A stretch of DNA of 64,000 nucleotides, taken from the NCBI GenBank assembly GCA_021162935.1, contig JAGGXR010000131.1, positions 514-64,513 of the forward strand, written 5' to 3'. Origin of the DNA: Deltaproteobacteria bacterium (GTDB lineage Bacteria > Myxococcota_A > Polyangia > HGW-17 > SLPX01). Each line of letters opens with the position of its first letter. Position 1 is the stretch's first letter. This document shows positions 61,775 to 64,000 of this stretch, in pieces. Position numbers and translations under genes: made by a program. The notes under the pieces are model-generated. The model saw only the letters and a program-made list of their open reading frames with translations, was not told the origin of the DNA and made no database searches.

Positions 61775-63328
61775 ATGGCTGGAATCACCCTTGTCATCAA
61801 TGTGGACGGACCTCAACGGCGGGTTGCGGTCGTGGAAAACAGCAACCTCCTGGAACTCTACATCGAAAGCCCGGAGGAACGCGGGATCGTGGGCCACATC
61901 TACAAGGGTCGCGTCGTCCGCGTCCTGCCTGGAATGCAGGCCGCCTTCGTGGACATCGGCCTGGATCGAACTGCTTTTTTGTATGTCGCCGACATCTGGT
62001 CGCCGGACATCACCCCTTTTCTGGACGACCCGGATTGCAGTGGCGAAGGACCATTACAAGAGGACCAAGCCGCTGCAAAACCCAGCATCGAGGATCTGGT
62101 CACAGAAGGCCAGGAGCTCGTGGTCCAGGTAGCCAAGGAACCGCTCGGAACCAAAGGCGCCCGGGTCACGACCCACGTCACGCTGCCGGGCAGACACGTG
62201 GTGTTCATGCCCACGGTCACCCACGTCGGCGTGTCGCGGCGCATCACCGACGAACAGGAACGCCGTCGCCTCAAGGACGTGGTAGAAGCGTTGAGGCGGG
62301 ACGAAAGCACTGGGTACATCATCCGTACCGTGGCCGAAGAACAGAGTTCCGCCAAACTCGCCGCAGACATGAATTTCTTAACGAGGCTGTGGGAGCAAAT
62401 CCAACACAAGTCCCAAAAAACCCCGGCACCGGCCAAACTCCATGCAGATCTGGATCTCGTGCTGCGATCCATCCGAGATCTCCTTGGAAACGATCTCGAT
62501 CGATGCGTGGTGGACAGCCTGGCCGAATACGATCGCATCAAAGATTTCGTCAGCACCTTCATGCCTCGATTCACCAACAACATCGACGTCTATGAAGGAA
62601 ACGAACCCATCTTCGATGTCTATGGATTGGAAACCCAACTCAATCGCGCCCTCGAACGCCGCGTCTGGCTCAAGAGCGGTGGATACCTGGTGATCGATCA
62701 GACCGAGGCTCTGACCGCCATCGACGTGAACACCGGTCGATTCGTGGGCAGGAGAAACCTCGAAGAGACCATCACGCAAACCAACCTGGAAGCCTGTCAC
62801 GAAATCGCCGTGCAGGTGCGACTCCGCAACATCGGCGGGATTATCGTGATCGACTTCATCGACATGATGAAGGATGCCAATCGCCAGAAAGTTTGGAAAA
62901 CCCTCGAAGAAGCCCTGGCCTCGGACCGCGTCCGCTGCCACATCAGCAAGATTTCCAACCTCGGCCTGGTGGAAATGACCAGAAAACGGACGAGGGAGAG
63001 TCTCATCCACAGCCTGACCGAACCCTGTCCATACTGCGAAGGACGAGGCTTCCTCAAATCTGCGGATACGATCTGCAACGAAATCCTTCGCGGCGTCCGA
63101 AAGGAAAGCACATACGAATCTGGCAACACCATCATGGTGGAATGCCACCCGGATGTGGCAGAAATCCTGACTCAAATCTACCACCAGGAGGCGGACGAGC
63201 TGGAAAAACGACTCGGAAAGGAAATCATCGTTCGCCCCGACCCGCGCCGACACCGAGAGGAATTCGAAATCCGTGGCACGGATCACCATGGAGGCCCATC
63301 TCCGCAACAGGGAAACTCGACACCATGA
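61775..63328 (+). CDS. rng: Rne/Rng family ribonuclease (RNase G-like)
   Basis: IYKGRV..VLPGMQAAFVDIG, QVAKEP.GTKGA, IDVNTG, RNIGGIIVIDFIDM, GLVEMTRKR, CPYCEG.G. Confidence 0.93.
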   Translation: MAGITLVINVDGPQRRVAVVENSNLLELYIESPEERGIVGHIYKGRVVRVLPGMQAAFVDIGLDRTAFLYVADIWSPDITPFLDDPDCSGEGPLQEDQAAAKPSIEDLVTEGQELVVQVAKEPLGTKGARVTTHVTLPGRHVVFMPTVTHVGVSRRITDEQERRRLKDVVEALRRDESTGYIIRTVAEEQSSAKLAADMNFLTRLWEQIQHKSQKTPAPAKLHADLDLVLRSIRDLLGNDLDRCVVDSLAEYDRIKDFVSTFMPRFTNNIDVYEGNEPIFDVYGLETQLNRALERRVWLKSGGYLVIDQTEALTAIDVNTGRFVGRRNLEETITQTNLEACHEIAVQVRLRNIGGIIVIDFIDMMKDANRQKVWKTLEEALASDRVRCHISKISNLGLVEMTRKRTRESLIHSLTEPCPYCEGRGFLKSADTICNEILRGVRKESTYESGNTIMVECHPDVAEILTQIYHQEADELEKRLGKEIIVRPDPRRHREEFEIRGTDHHGGPSPQQGNSTP

Positions 63329-63732
63329 GCCTGCTCGGACGCATTGGAAGACTCGCCAGGGCCAACACCAGGGCGCTGGCGGACAAGCTGACCAGCTTAC
63401 GGGACCAGGATCGTCGTGAGGCGGAACAGGAACTGGACGTGGAACTGAACGACGACCCGAATATCGACCAGGAAGATCAGCCGTCCCCCCCTCGTGCCGA
63501 AAACCAAGATCGCGATCTGGCGCTGTGCTACAAGCGGCTGGAACTCCCACAGGACGCCGACATCAAGACGGTCCGCCGCGCCTACAGGCGCCTCATGCGC
63601 CGATACCACCCGGACCTGTTCATCGACGATCCACAACGTCGCGAGACAGCATCGACCGTCACCCGTATCCTGACCGACGCCTACGACCACTTGGTCAAGG
63701 CCTTGGACCAAAAAAACGACGCCCGACCATGA
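63325..63732 (+). CDS. J-domain (DnaJ-like) protein
   Basis: Y..LEL..DA....VRRAYRRLMRRYHPD...AY..L; ATG overlaps the rng stop. Confidence 0.85.
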   Translation: MSLLGRIGRLARANTRALADKLTSLRDQDRREAEQELDVELNDDPNIDQEDQPSPPRAENQDRDLALCYKRLELPQDADIKTVRRAYRRLMRRYHPDLFIDDPQRRETASTVTRILTDAYDHLVKALDQKNDARP

Positions 63733-64000
63733 CCTCCTCCTCCCACCAGTCTGAGACGACTCCCTCACTGGTCTTCATTGCCCTGGGAGCGAACCTGGGC
63801 AGGCGCCGACTGTGCCTGCGCCGTGGCCTGGATGCCATCGCTGGCCTGCCACAGACGCGGGTGATACGTCGCTCCAGCATCTACGAAACCGAGCCCGAAG
63901 GGGCCTCGTCCAACCCGTTCCTGAACATGGTGGCTGAAATCGAAACGACCCTTCCGCCCCTGGAACTCCTGCACGCCCTGCTGGAAATCGAAGCCAAACT
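63729..64000 (+). CDS. folK: 2-amino-4-hydroxy-6-hydroxymethyldihydropteridine diphosphokinase, truncated by window edge
   Basis: Not in the ORF track. Hand translation: VFIALGANLG...SSIYETEP...FLNMVAEIETTLPPLELLHALLEIE. Confidence 0.92.
   Translation, partial: MTSSSHQSETTPSLVFIALGANLGRRRLCLRRGLDAIAGLPQTRVIRRSSIYETEPEGASSNPFLNMVAEIETTLPPLELLHALLEIEAK

Overview
GC-rich bacterial chromosomal window, most likely an uncultured Myxococcota/deltaproteobacterium (inferred from a MYXO-CTERM sorting signal, EGF-repeat lipoproteins, and Ser/Thr kinase, PEGA and FHA proteins). The left ~7.2 kb is accessory. It holds an AT-richer, decaying integron-type cassette array on the minus strand (SAM methyltransferase, GIY-YIG nuclease, frameshifted HNH, separated by attC-like sites; no intI in the window), an ISAs1 remnant, a TetR plus an unusual membrane/HD/B12-radical-SAM triple fusion, and an IS256 remnant. 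The rest is largely core: pilin-like gene, queD-panB-panE, thrS, TetR-RND efflux, adenosine deaminase, kinase/FHA module, mtnA, gatCAB, pgi, DUF507, sigma54 response regulator, cNMP-binding protein, rng, J-domain protein and folK. It is interrupted at ~24.1-31.5 kb by a block of surface proteins: a DUF4038/MYXO-CTERM gene bracketed by a 19-bp direct repeat, and three EGF-repeat lipoproteins. Main candidates for something undescribed: (1) a ~425-nt sigma54-promoted, terminator-bounded, structured minus-strand transcript upstream of rng; (2) the cassette array; (3) the triple-fusion enzyme; (4) the EGF-stalk lipoprotein cluster; (5) the Arg/Cys-rich WxxGxW repeat lipoprotein pair; (6) a pseudokinase-PhnD receptor. 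All family calls come from motif recognition by eye; no database searches were run.
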